Below, piece after piece: positions 36,795 to 45,669 of a DNA stretch of 64,000 nt. The stretch lies in the IMG/VR virus record IMGVR_UViG_3300017991_000001, positions 124,001-188,000 of that record. The stretch is one strand, 5' to 3'. Numbering within the stretch: the first letter of the stretch is position 1; every line of letters starts with the position of its first letter. Below the pieces are notes generated by a model. It was not told where the DNA came from. It searched no databases and worked only from the letters and a program-made list of their open reading frames with translations. The translations under genes were made by a program, and so were the position numbers.

Positions 36795-37040
36795 ATGGCC
36801 GGTAAGGAAGAGCAAGTCAAAGAGGCGGAAGCCAACATCCAGGAGCGCCTGCAGGCGTTCGACTACGGGATGGAACTCTTCTTCAAGGAAGCGGGCATCG
36901 AGAAAGCCGCGGTTGCGCAGGCCGTCGGTCTCGAAGAGCAGGACCTTGCCCCGAAGTCGGCACGATGGCTGAAGGAACAGATGGAGGCGGCGAACAAGGA
37001 AGCAGAGAGCAAAGACGCCGCCCCGACAAAGGAGGAGTAG
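36795..37040 (+). CDS. Small acidic protein with K-x-A motifs
   Basis: RBS AAGGAG before ATG 36795; VKEA, FKEA, EKAA. Confidence 0.6.
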   Translation: MAGKEEQVKEAEANIQERLQAFDYGMELFFKEAGIEKAAVAQAVGLEEQDLAPKSARWLKEQMEAANKEAESKDAAPTKEE

Positions 37041-37115
37041 GCCCGTTCGGTCGGGTCTCTCCGCTACTGCGCAGGATAGGCCTGACCTGGGAGCCCGACC
37101 ACGAGGAGATCCTCG

Positions 37116-37862
37116 ATGGCAGTCGACTGTGGAAACGATTCCGGGACGCCCGCACCAGGCGGGACACCGATTACAAAGGTCGGACTCGATGAGAAGTCGA
37201 GTCTCTGCACGACCGGTTTCCACCCGAATATCATCACGGGGTTCATCACGCGGGCTTTGCGGGACCACTTCTCGGACCCTGACAACCTGGAGTTCGGCGG
37301 GCGCAATGAGTTTCGCATCGTCGACGGCCAGCGGCTCATGGTCGAGGAGTTGCAGAATTACGTATGGACGGCGGGGCCGGACACGGAGCTCCTGATCGAT
37401 CCATCGTGGAAGTACAACCGGCAGAACATCCAGAAGCGGCCGGGCCTGCTCGTGCACCGAAACAAGTTCTCGCGCAGCAGCCCGATCGTGATGGGGGACG
37501 GCCAGACGGTCGGCCCCAAACGGGATCAAGCCGGTAACATTCAGCGGGTGCGGGGGAGATACCAGACCTGCGCCATTGCGGGGAGCCACACGGTCTTCTG
37601 TATCGGTGGCGCCGGAGCAGAAGCAGAGTTGCTGGGTGCGGAAGTGTTCAACCACTTCCTCATGTTCGGGCAGCTGTTCCGCGAGGAGTGGAAGATGCAC
37701 GAGTTCAGTGCAAATTCCGTGGAACCGGTTGCCTATCTTGAGGAATTCGACGATCATTACGTGGTGCCGGTCGTGCTGTCGTACGCCTACATGCCCACGT
37801 GGCGCGTCGAACGGGAAGCACCCTGGCTTAAAACACTCGCGATTGACATTCAATCGGAATAA
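37116..37862 (+). CDS. Tail completion/terminator-like protein
   Basis: Immediately upstream of the sheath; RPGLLVHRN...HTVFCIG...AELLG pattern. Confidence 0.5.
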   Translation: MAVDCGNDSGTPAPGGTPITKVGLDEKSSLCTTGFHPNIITGFITRALRDHFSDPDNLEFGGRNEFRIVDGQRLMVEELQNYVWTAGPDTELLIDPSWKYNRQNIQKRPGLLVHRNKFSRSSPIVMGDGQTVGPKRDQAGNIQRVRGRYQTCAIAGSHTVFCIGGAGAEAELLGAEVFNHFLMFGQLFREEWKMHEFSANSVEPVAYLEEFDDHYVVPVVLSYAYMPTWRVEREAPWLKTLAIDIQSE

Positions 37863-37874
37863 GGAGACGCTCAC

Positions 37875-40682
37875 ATGCCGTCGTACGTGCTCCCCCAGGT
37901 ACTGGTCTTTCAAGAGTTTGAAGCCCAGCCCGCGCAGATCGCGCAGCCGCAACACGCGTGCATTGTGGGTCCCCACTACAGCCTCCACCGTTACACCGAG
38001 GAGCGCTCCGAGATCTACGTGGGCACCTATGATCCGCTCAACGAGGAATGCTTTGCCTGGCCCAACCGGCCGGCGGGCGGCGAGGTGGACCCGGACTACA
38101 CGCGGGTCTACATGGAGAACGCCCTCCTCCAGTACTTCAACGACCCCGCGGGCGACAGCTCGCTGGTCAACCACGTCGCCCCCGGCAAGAACCGCATCCG
38201 GGCCGACTCCAAGATCTTCCAGACGGCCAACGGCTACGCCCGCAGCACCGACTTCCTCCGGGACGTCCAGGTGGGCGACGTGGCCAAGGTCCTGGCCAGC
38301 TCCTGTGGCGAGCCGGTCAGCCTGGTCGCCAACATTGTCGGCCTGGTCGCCGACGTGCTGGCCGCCGTGGTCGATTCGGCCGAGGTCGATATCGACAACC
38401 AGGCCGCCACCGTGGCCTCCACCGCCGACGCGCAAACGGCCGGCGCCATCAACAACGTGGGCGTCGACTCGGTCGACGGCTCCAGTTACGACGGCCTGCC
38501 GGACGGCGAGCCTTCCGAGACCTACACCATTGAAGTCATTGCCGGCTCCACCGGAGGGGACGCCACCTCGGCCCTTCTTCGGGTGACCTCGGCATCCGGG
38601 CTCGACAACGTGGCCGAGGTCACTCCGGCCGCATTCGCATCTCCGACCTCCATTGGCACCCGGGGCCTGACGGTAACCTTCGTCAACAACACCGGCAGTT
38701 CTTCGAGCGGCCCCGGCGGCCCGGTCGACCCCGACGACTTCCTGATCGGGCAGACCTGGGAGGTCGAGGTTTCGCAGACCTTCACGCCGGCCACGCCGGC
38801 TTCGGGCGGCACGTACGGCGGCGCGGCGGACACGACCTACATCGTGGAAGTCACCCGCGGCGGGCTGTTCTCGAGCTCCACCAAGCCCCAGATCACGGTC
38901 ACCACGACCACGGGCATCGACATCTCCGGCCCGACGGAAGTGCCCGCCTCCGCCACCGCGGTGGTGGTCGGCACCCAAGGCGTGACCATCGCCTTCACGG
39001 GCGCGGGCCTGAACAAGGGCGACCGCTACACGATCGCCGTGGAAGCGGCCAAGGACGGGCCGGTCCGCACGCTGGTGCTGGACCGCAACCTGCCCGATGC
39101 CCTGCGGGGTGTCTGTGACGCGGGCACGTCCTCCTCGTCCAGCGGCGCGCCGCCGGACCTGGACCTGACGCTCTACGTCAAGAAGGACATCGAGGTGACC
39201 GAGGAACGCCTCGGCTCGCCGCCCCTGGTCAACTGGGAGCAGAGCGATACGGAGATCTGCCTGAAGTCCGGCATCACCGCCTTCGACAGCGACTTCCAGT
39301 CCGGCGGAAGCCTGGTGGCGCTGCCCGTCATGGACGGCGACATCTACATCAACTACCGGGCGATGCTCTCCACCCGCTGCAGCACGGTGGGTTCGATCAG
39401 CGACGTCTCGGAGGTTTCCGGGGCGCTGGGTTCGGTCAGCCCGGACAACCCGCTGGCCTTCGGCGTCTACAAGGCGCTGGAGAACAACAACGGCGAGGAC
39501 GTGAAGTACCTGGCCGTGTGTGACGACAGCGGCAACGTGGACGCCACGCTGGAGCCGTGGCTGGACGCGCTGGAGATTCTGGTGGGCCGGGACGATGTCT
39601 ACAGCCTGGTCCCCCTGACCCAGTACAAGCCCGTCTGCGACGCCTTCCTGGCGCACTGCTCGGCGCAGTCCACGCCGGAGAACGGCCGCTGGCGGATCAC
39701 GTGGCTCAACCTGGCCGCCGAGGAGACCATCGGCGTCTACACGACCAGCGCGGTGGGCGGCGGTCCCGTCCTGGCCACGATCACGGACGACCCCGACACC
39801 TCCGGCACGCAGTACACGCTGGTGGAAGCGGTCGGCGAGCAGTTCGTGACCAACGGGGTGCGGGCCGGCGACACGGTCCGGGCGCTGTACACCTCCGACG
39901 GGTTCGGCAACTACACCTACACCGAGTTCGTGGTGGACGCCGTGCTCAACGAGGAGTCGATTCGTTTGGTCACGGGACCGGACGCGGCGGTCAACACGCC
40001 CTCCAAGATCGAGATCTGGAGGACGCTCAGCAAGGACGAGCTGGCCACCGAGATGGCCACCAAGCCGGGCCTGTTCAGCAGCCGGCGCGCCTACCTGGTG
40101 TGGCCGGACACGCTCGGCAACGCCGGCGTCACTTTCGAGGGGTTCTACCTGTGTTCGGCTCTGGCGGGGCTGCGCTCCGGCGTGCTCCCGCACCAGGGCC
40201 TGACCAACGTGGAGATCAACGGGTTCGACGACCTGTCCCGCACGGTCGACTTCTTCAGCGCCAACCAGCTGAACACGATGGCGGCCAGCGGGTACTGGAT
40301 CGTGACGCAGGACCCGAGCGACGGTTCGGTCTTCACCCGTCACCAGCTCTCGACGGGCGACCAGGACGAGCTGAACGAGAAGGAACAGAACATCACCACC
40401 AACCTGGACAACATCTCGGTGAACTTCCTGATCCGCATGAAGCAGTTCATCGGACGCGGGAACGTGACGCCCACGATGCTGGCCATCCTGCGCGGTGAGA
40501 TTCTGGGACTGATCGAGCAGTTCAAGAACACGATCATCAACGACCAGTTAGGACCTCAGATCCTGAACGCTGAGATCCTGGAACTCAGGCCGGACGATGT
40601 GCTGGGAGACCGGATCATCGCCCGCATCGACGTTGAGCTGCCGTACCCGCTCAACAACCTGGAGCTGCACCTGGTCGCTTAA
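37875..40682 (+). CDS. Contractile tail sheath protein with large inserted domains
   Basis: 935 aa; MPSYVLPQVLVFQEF start; ALEILVGRDDVYSLVPLT, ALAGLRSG, LTNVEING and C-terminal PYPLNNLELHL sheath-like motifs. Confidence 0.8.
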   Translation: MPSYVLPQVLVFQEFEAQPAQIAQPQHACIVGPHYSLHRYTEERSEIYVGTYDPLNEECFAWPNRPAGGEVDPDYTRVYMENALLQYFNDPAGDSSLVNHVAPGKNRIRADSKIFQTANGYARSTDFLRDVQVGDVAKVLASSCGEPVSLVANIVGLVADVLAAVVDSAEVDIDNQAATVASTADAQTAGAINNVGVDSVDGSSYDGLPDGEPSETYTIEVIAGSTGGDATSALLRVTSASGLDNVAEVTPAAFASPTSIGTRGLTVTFVNNTGSSSSGPGGPVDPDDFLIGQTWEVEVSQTFTPATPASGGTYGGAADTTYIVEVTRGGLFSSSTKPQITVTTTTGIDISGPTEVPASATAVVVGTQGVTIAFTGAGLNKGDRYTIAVEAAKDGPVRTLVLDRNLPDALRGVCDAGTSSSSSGAPPDLDLTLYVKKDIEVTEERLGSPPLVNWEQSDTEICLKSGITAFDSDFQSGGSLVALPVMDGDIYINYRAMLSTRCSTVGSISDVSEVSGALGSVSPDNPLAFGVYKALENNNGEDVKYLAVCDDSGNVDATLEPWLDALEILVGRDDVYSLVPLTQYKPVCDAFLAHCSAQSTPENGRWRITWLNLAAEETIGVYTTSAVGGGPVLATITDDPDTSGTQYTLVEAVGEQFVTNGVRAGDTVRALYTSDGFGNYTYTEFVVDAVLNEESIRLVTGPDAAVNTPSKIEIWRTLSKDELATEMATKPGLFSSRRAYLVWPDTLGNAGVTFEGFYLCSALAGLRSGVLPHQGLTNVEINGFDDLSRTVDFFSANQLNTMAASGYWIVTQDPSDGSVFTRHQLSTGDQDELNEKEQNITTNLDNISVNFLIRMKQFIGRGNVTPTMLAILRGEILGLIEQFKNTIINDQLGPQILNAEILELRPDDVLGDRIIARIDVELPYPLNNLELHLVA

Positions 40683-40690
40683 GGAGAGCG

Positions 40691-41392
40691 ATGGATTACA
40701 GGGGATACCTGATCAAGCAGGCGGCAGCGGGGCTTGTTGGCGAACAGGCCCCCGCGCCCGCTTCATGGTTTCTCAACCCCGTGAACAAGGGGGATCGGGT
40801 ACGCAAGTTCCTGAAGAACAGGAAGATCCAAAAGAGTCTCCAGAAGGAGGCGATGGGGCTGCGGCGGGCGCAACGTTTGGCGCGCCTGATGCGCAGCGGA
40901 AAGTTCAGCAAGCGCCGGGAGGTGTTCAAGCAGAAGCACGGGATTGAGACGCGGCATCCCTACGAGACAGCGCTGCATGACGTCAGGCGCAGGCTGCTGC
41001 GCCGGCAGCCGGAGAAGGCTTTTGGGGTGTTGACGGACCCGGACGTGCGGGACACGCTAAAGTATGTGGCGCGCAAGGGGCGCAACCCGCTGGAACACCT
41101 GGAGCGCATGGGCGCCACGTCGAAGGCGGAACTGTTGGGGTTGGGGTTCCCGCCTGGCGTGCGACCGCCTGTCGGGTTGGGCGTGTTCGACCCGCTGCAC
41201 AAGATCAAGGGTCGGTACCGGGGCGGCCAGGCAGCCAGCCGACCCATGGGTGCCTTGCCTGGCAGCCGGGTGATCGGGGCGCGGGAGAGTGCGCTGCCCG
41301 CGATACAGTTCGCCAAGGTCAAGGCCAAGGTGAAGGCGCCCGGCGGCAAATGGAAGAAGCGCAAGATGCGGATCGAGGACATGCCTGCATAA
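40691..41392 (+). CDS. Basic protein with GYLIKQA leader, inserted between sheath and tube
   Basis: MDYRGYLIKQAAAG; LQKEA. Confidence 0.65.
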   Translation: MDYRGYLIKQAAAGLVGEQAPAPASWFLNPVNKGDRVRKFLKNRKIQKSLQKEAMGLRRAQRLARLMRSGKFSKRREVFKQKHGIETRHPYETALHDVRRRLLRRQPEKAFGVLTDPDVRDTLKYVARKGRNPLEHLERMGATSKAELLGLGFPPGVRPPVGLGVFDPLHKIKGRYRGGQAASRPMGALPGSRVIGARESALPAIQFAKVKAKVKAPGGKWKKRKMRIEDMPA

Positions 41393-41407
41393 TCGGGAGG
41401 ATGAGCG

Positions 41408-41857
41408 ATGGCTCGTGACGTTTTCAATCGGGAAGTTGACCTGGGGACTCCGCTGGCGGCGGACGCCACGCGACTGCTGGTCACGGGCCTGACCGAAGAG
41501 GACATGCTCGCCCAGAACGTGCGGATCGAGTACCGCCAGAACGTGAACCGCCTCTGGGAGGTGGGGTCCTCGAAGCAGTTCTTCATCGCCGGCCGCACGG
41601 AAGGCACCATTGCCGTTGGCCGCATCATCGGGGGCAAGGGCGTCTCCGGTGAGTTCATTCGCCAGTACGGCGACGTCTGTAACATGCCGGGCAATCACAT
41701 CACGTTGCTGCTGGACTCGGGGTGCACGGACAACCAGACGCTGGGCAAGATCACGGCGTCCGGTGTCGTGGTTCAGTCCGTGGCCTACGCCGTCAACAGC
41801 CAGGAGATGGTGATCAACGAAGACATCGGCATGTTGTTCGCGCGCCTCGAGTTCTGA
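41408..41857 (+). CDS. Tail tube protein
   Basis: 149 aa after the sheath; QNVRIEYRQNVNRLWEVGS...GTIAVGRI. Confidence 0.7.
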   Translation: MARDVFNREVDLGTPLAADATRLLVTGLTEEDMLAQNVRIEYRQNVNRLWEVGSSKQFFIAGRTEGTIAVGRIIGGKGVSGEFIRQYGDVCNMPGNHITLLLDSGCTDNQTLGKITASGVVVQSVAYAVNSQEMVINEDIGMLFARLEF

Positions 41858-41897
41858 GGCGCCTTAGGCGCCGCTGCGGCGTCATTGAGTAGCAGAG

Positions 41898-44519
41898 GTG
41901 TATTCCGTGGCCTTCGATTTCAGGTCTGAAGACACGTTGTCTGCGCGCCTGCGTCGCAGGGACACGGGCACACGCTCGGACCCCACTTTCCAAGTTGGAC
42001 TGATCAAAGACACTTACGCGCATACGGGTTGCTACCTGGTGGGGTTGCCTGCCGGGCGAACCATCGTTGCCACCGAAGCTTTGCCGATGTTTTCGGGCAT
42101 ACCCATGGGTGCCCGACCCGTGGGTATGTACATGCCGGGTGCTCGTGTAGTCGTCGCGCAATTCCCCCAAGTTGAATACGGTTTGATACTGGGCACGTCG
42201 CTAAAACAGGTCTCCGACGCCCGAGTCGTATTGCCTGACAGCATCGGCCGCCCGCGTCTGGATGTAGGCGTGAAGAGCGACAACATGCATTACGGTCCGT
42301 TGCAGGACTACGACACGCCCGGCAACTTTAGCGTTGGCCGTCCCCTCGACACGCTGCCCGGCGACTGGGGAAGCATCAACGACATGGGCGTGGGCGTGCT
42401 CGTCGGCCGGATGATGGCCCTCCTGCGCGCCTCCGACCTGGCCAAGATCGAGGCCTTCTGGGGCGACGACCTGCTCAGAATCTTCGGCTACAACATGGAG
42501 ATCAGCACCGCCGCCACCGAAGAGCAGCGGGTCAACGACGAGGGCGAGTACAACGAGATCCTCTTCAAGACGCCGTATCCGTGGGAAGGGTTGGGCAGCC
42601 GGGGCGGCCCCGGCGGCACCAGCACCACCGACGACGCCCCGGCGAAGAAGGGTTCGGTCAAGGCCACCGTGGAGCCCGAGGAGGACGACCAGCACATCCT
42701 GCCGCGCTTCACCCGGCTGACGGGCTACCTGGGCGACATGGAGCGGGAGTGGATCTCCGCTCCGCCGTCCGAGCTGGAACTGGAGACCTTCAAGGGCCTG
42801 ACGCGGCACACGGGTCTGTACGAGCAGGTCAAGAGCATCGACGGGTCCTACGCCCTGCGCTCGGCCCGCGAGATCATGCTCGAGAAGACCATCCTCATCC
42901 CGGTGCCCAAGCAGATGACCTCGTCCGAGGACCCGACGGGGGACAATAGGGAGAACTACTCCGCGTCGGGCCTGTTCAACGGCACCCACGAGAAGAAACC
43001 CTACTTCTGGGGCGAGGACAAGGCCGGCATACGCAGCGCGCAGATGCTGGACTACCATACCTGGTTCTTCAACCGCTACACGCCCGTGGGCCTCAACAAG
43101 CACGAGCTGGACTGGTACTACCCAGAAGAGTCCGGCGGCGCCCTTGGCGACGGCACGCTCTACACGGGCGGCTACAACAACGGCCACGAGTTCCTCATGG
43201 AGCTGCCGCAGATCGCGGACATCACCATCGACCACCGCTCCGGGAACATCCAGAAGTACTACCGCTCGCGCAGCGCGTTCCACATGCATGACGACGGCTC
43301 GCTGACCATCGAGGACGGCTACGGTTCCCAGATCGTCATGGCGGGCGGCTCGATCTCCCTGAAGGCCTTCAACGACGTCTTCCTGCAGCCGGGCCGAAGC
43401 ATGGTCTGCTGGGCGCCGTACGACGCGATCGTGCGGGCCGGCAACTGCGCCGACGTCTCCGCGGCGCTGGGGGACGTGCGCCTCAAGGCCGAGCGCAACC
43501 TGCAGATCCTGGGCGGCAACTCCAAGTCCGACGGCGGCGTGCTGATCGAGAGCCGCTCGACGGGTCCGCAGACGGCCTCCGACTTCGGCGAGAAGACCGG
43601 TGCCCGGGTGACCAGCCACGGCATCACGATCAAGAGCGCCGCCTCCCCGGTCTACGTCGTCGGCAGCGAGGTCTACGTGGGCCGCTACGCCGAGGGCGCC
43701 GGCTCCGTCATCATCGACGGCGGGGACCAGGGCCGTGTGCTGACACGCGGCGCGCAGATCCTGACACGCTCCACCGACGTCATCTCCCAGACGGTCGTGG
43801 CTCCGGGCGACGGCCCCGAGGAGGAGATGTTCGCGCTCAACCTGAACGGGGCGCTCCTCTCCACCAACATCGACATCGGCGGCTCGATCCGCACGTCGCC
43901 TTCGGGCACCGGCAAGACCGGGGACGCGGTCATCGGCGGACAGATCCTCTGCCATGGCCTGGGTGTCTTCGGGGACAACGTGCTGACCAACGGCCAGATG
44001 GCCCAGCGCGAGGGCTCCAACTTCGTGGCCAGCATCGAGCGCGACATCGACCTGGGCACCGAGCCCAGCGAGATCGCCGCCAAGCTCAACCGGCAGGTGG
44101 AGGCCGTGCGTGAAGTGATCGACGAGCTGAACGACGAAGCCGTGGAGGAGGCGGAAACGTCCCCCGGCAACAAGGAGTTCCAGGACAGCATCGGGGCCTC
44201 CATGCGGGCGACGGAGGAGGACCTGAAGCTGGGCGACTCGTTCATCATCTACGAGTCCCGTTGGCAGCAGGTCATGCGCGCCAACGGCAACGCCTCGACG
44301 TGGAACGAACCCGTCGTGGAGGCGCCCAGCGGGGAGCCCACGCGGCCTCACCCGGGCGAGGCGGCCTGGGAGGAGGGCGATCATTACGCCACGGTCGACC
44401 CGCTCAACCTGAGCCTGTCCGAGAACAAGACGCTGGAGCGCGAGAACATGCAGAACGAGGGGGCCGAGCCCGAACTGGCCACCCTCGCCGAGGGGTATCT
44501 GATCAACACGCAGACATGA
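41898..44519 (+). CDS. Baseplate central spike/hub protein (gp5/VgrG-like)
   Basis: N-terminal OB-like region; HMHDDGSLTIEDGYGSQIVMAGGSISL and later Gly-spaced beta-strand repeats. Confidence 0.55.
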   Translation: MYSVAFDFRSEDTLSARLRRRDTGTRSDPTFQVGLIKDTYAHTGCYLVGLPAGRTIVATEALPMFSGIPMGARPVGMYMPGARVVVAQFPQVEYGLILGTSLKQVSDARVVLPDSIGRPRLDVGVKSDNMHYGPLQDYDTPGNFSVGRPLDTLPGDWGSINDMGVGVLVGRMMALLRASDLAKIEAFWGDDLLRIFGYNMEISTAATEEQRVNDEGEYNEILFKTPYPWEGLGSRGGPGGTSTTDDAPAKKGSVKATVEPEEDDQHILPRFTRLTGYLGDMEREWISAPPSELELETFKGLTRHTGLYEQVKSIDGSYALRSAREIMLEKTILIPVPKQMTSSEDPTGDNRENYSASGLFNGTHEKKPYFWGEDKAGIRSAQMLDYHTWFFNRYTPVGLNKHELDWYYPEESGGALGDGTLYTGGYNNGHEFLMELPQIADITIDHRSGNIQKYYRSRSAFHMHDDGSLTIEDGYGSQIVMAGGSISLKAFNDVFLQPGRSMVCWAPYDAIVRAGNCADVSAALGDVRLKAERNLQILGGNSKSDGGVLIESRSTGPQTASDFGEKTGARVTSHGITIKSAASPVYVVGSEVYVGRYAEGAGSVIIDGGDQGRVLTRGAQILTRSTDVISQTVVAPGDGPEEEMFALNLNGALLSTNIDIGGSIRTSPSGTGKTGDAVIGGQILCHGLGVFGDNVLTNGQMAQREGSNFVASIERDIDLGTEPSEIAAKLNRQVEAVREVIDELNDEAVEEAETSPGNKEFQDSIGASMRATEEDLKLGDSFIIYESRWQQVMRANGNASTWNEPVVEAPSGEPTRPHPGEAAWEEGDHYATVDPLNLSLSENKTLERENMQNEGAEPELATLAEGYLINTQT

Positions 44520-44527
44520 GGTGAACC

Positions 44528-45199
44528 ATGCCGGACGGATTCGCGATCAAGGAACCGCCCAAGCAGCCGCTTGAGCAGATGAAGAAGGGCGCCGGACCGC
44601 CCTCGCAGAAGAGGGTGATCTCCGAAGAGAACACGGTGGACAGCATCCCCTTCCCGGAGACAAAGCTGGATGAGAATTCGATGCCGGCACCGGAATCCAA
44701 CGAGCCGGACAAGGAGCCGGGGCCGCCGCTGCCGAAGGACGTGCCGGACGAACGCGACAAGAAGAACTTCATGCGCGTGGTCTTCGCCAACAAGCGGTAT
44801 GAGCGGACCTACAAGCTCTTCGGTGGCGGGATGACGATCACGTTCGAGGACCGGTCCACGCTCGAGACGGAGCTGATGTACGCGCTGCTGGACAAGAAGA
44901 GCATCCCCACCGAGGAGGAGTTCGCCACGGAGCTGGAGCGTCTCCAGCTGGCGCTGCAGTTCAGGAAGCTGGACGTCAAGGGCGAGCAGCAGCCGGTGAA
45001 GATGGGCCCGCTGCCGACGGAGGAGACGGAGACGGCGCAGGAGGAGGAGCTCACGAAGCGGCTGGAGCGGATCATGAAGTTGCCGCGGCCGGTCTACCAC
45101 GCGTTGATGGAGGCCAACCGCCGCTTCGAGGACCACGTGCGGTACCTGACCGACCAGGCCCTGCACGCGGATTTTTGGAAAGCCGGTGGGGGCGCCTGA
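44528..45199 (+). CDS. Tail assembly chaperone-like protein
   Basis: RBS GAGGTG; acidic; overlaps a -1-frame ORF at a slippery site. Confidence 0.5.
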   Translation: MPDGFAIKEPPKQPLEQMKKGAGPPSQKRVISEENTVDSIPFPETKLDENSMPAPESNEPDKEPGPPLPKDVPDERDKKNFMRVVFANKRYERTYKLFGGGMTITFEDRSTLETELMYALLDKKSIPTEEEFATELERLQLALQFRKLDVKGEQQPVKMGPLPTEETETAQEEELTKRLERIMKLPRPVYHALMEANRRFEDHVRYLTDQALHADFWKAGGGA

Positions 45200-45669
45200 T
45201 CGTACACGCTTTCCGCACCGGCGCGCTCGACTTCTCGCAGTACAGCCAGGGGGATGCCTATTGGGAGCTGAGGGAGGAGCTGGTTCTCGAAGACATCCAC
45301 ATGGCGTTCGACGCGAAGGTTTCGGAGCTGTCGCTGCTGTGGCACTCCTGCGCCGGTCAGCCCACGGGTTGGGAGGAGGACGAGGAGCGTGCGAACTATC
45401 ACTTCAAGGAAGCGGATAAGACGTGGAAGGATGTGGGCAGGTGTCTGCTGCCTTGGTATGATCTCTTCAAGAAGCGGGAGTTGTCGGCACAGCAGTTGTG
45501 GGAGGTGTTCAAGGAGCAGGAGAAGGACCCGGCATACGCGGCCTATCTGAAGAGTGAACGGCAGCGGTTGCGGACGATGGCGCGTCGTGCCGTGGAGGGC
45601 GTGGAGGCGGAGAAGGACGCCGTCGCCGCGCTGCGTGAGCTTCGGAGGCGGTTCAGGGAGAAGCGTTGA
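45175..45669 (+). CDS. -1-frame ORF, probable frameshift extension of the chaperone
   Basis: TTG start with no evident RBS; overlaps G GAT TTT at the end of 44528..45199. Confidence 0.5.
   Translation: MESRWGRLIVHAFRTGALDFSQYSQGDAYWELREELVLEDIHMAFDAKVSELSLLWHSCAGQPTGWEEDEERANYHFKEADKTWKDVGRCLLPWYDLFKKRELSAQQLWEVFKEQEKDPAYAAYLKSERQRLRTMARRAVEGVEAEKDAVAALRELRRRFREKR

Noticed and set aside
36600-40343. 1247-aa minus-strand ORF and other long antisense ORFs (e.g. 7884..9545, 42201..44384, 52286..53740)
   Set aside because: They mirror well-supported + strand genes, have V/G/R/H-rich antisense-type composition and no motifs; expected with strong GC3 bias
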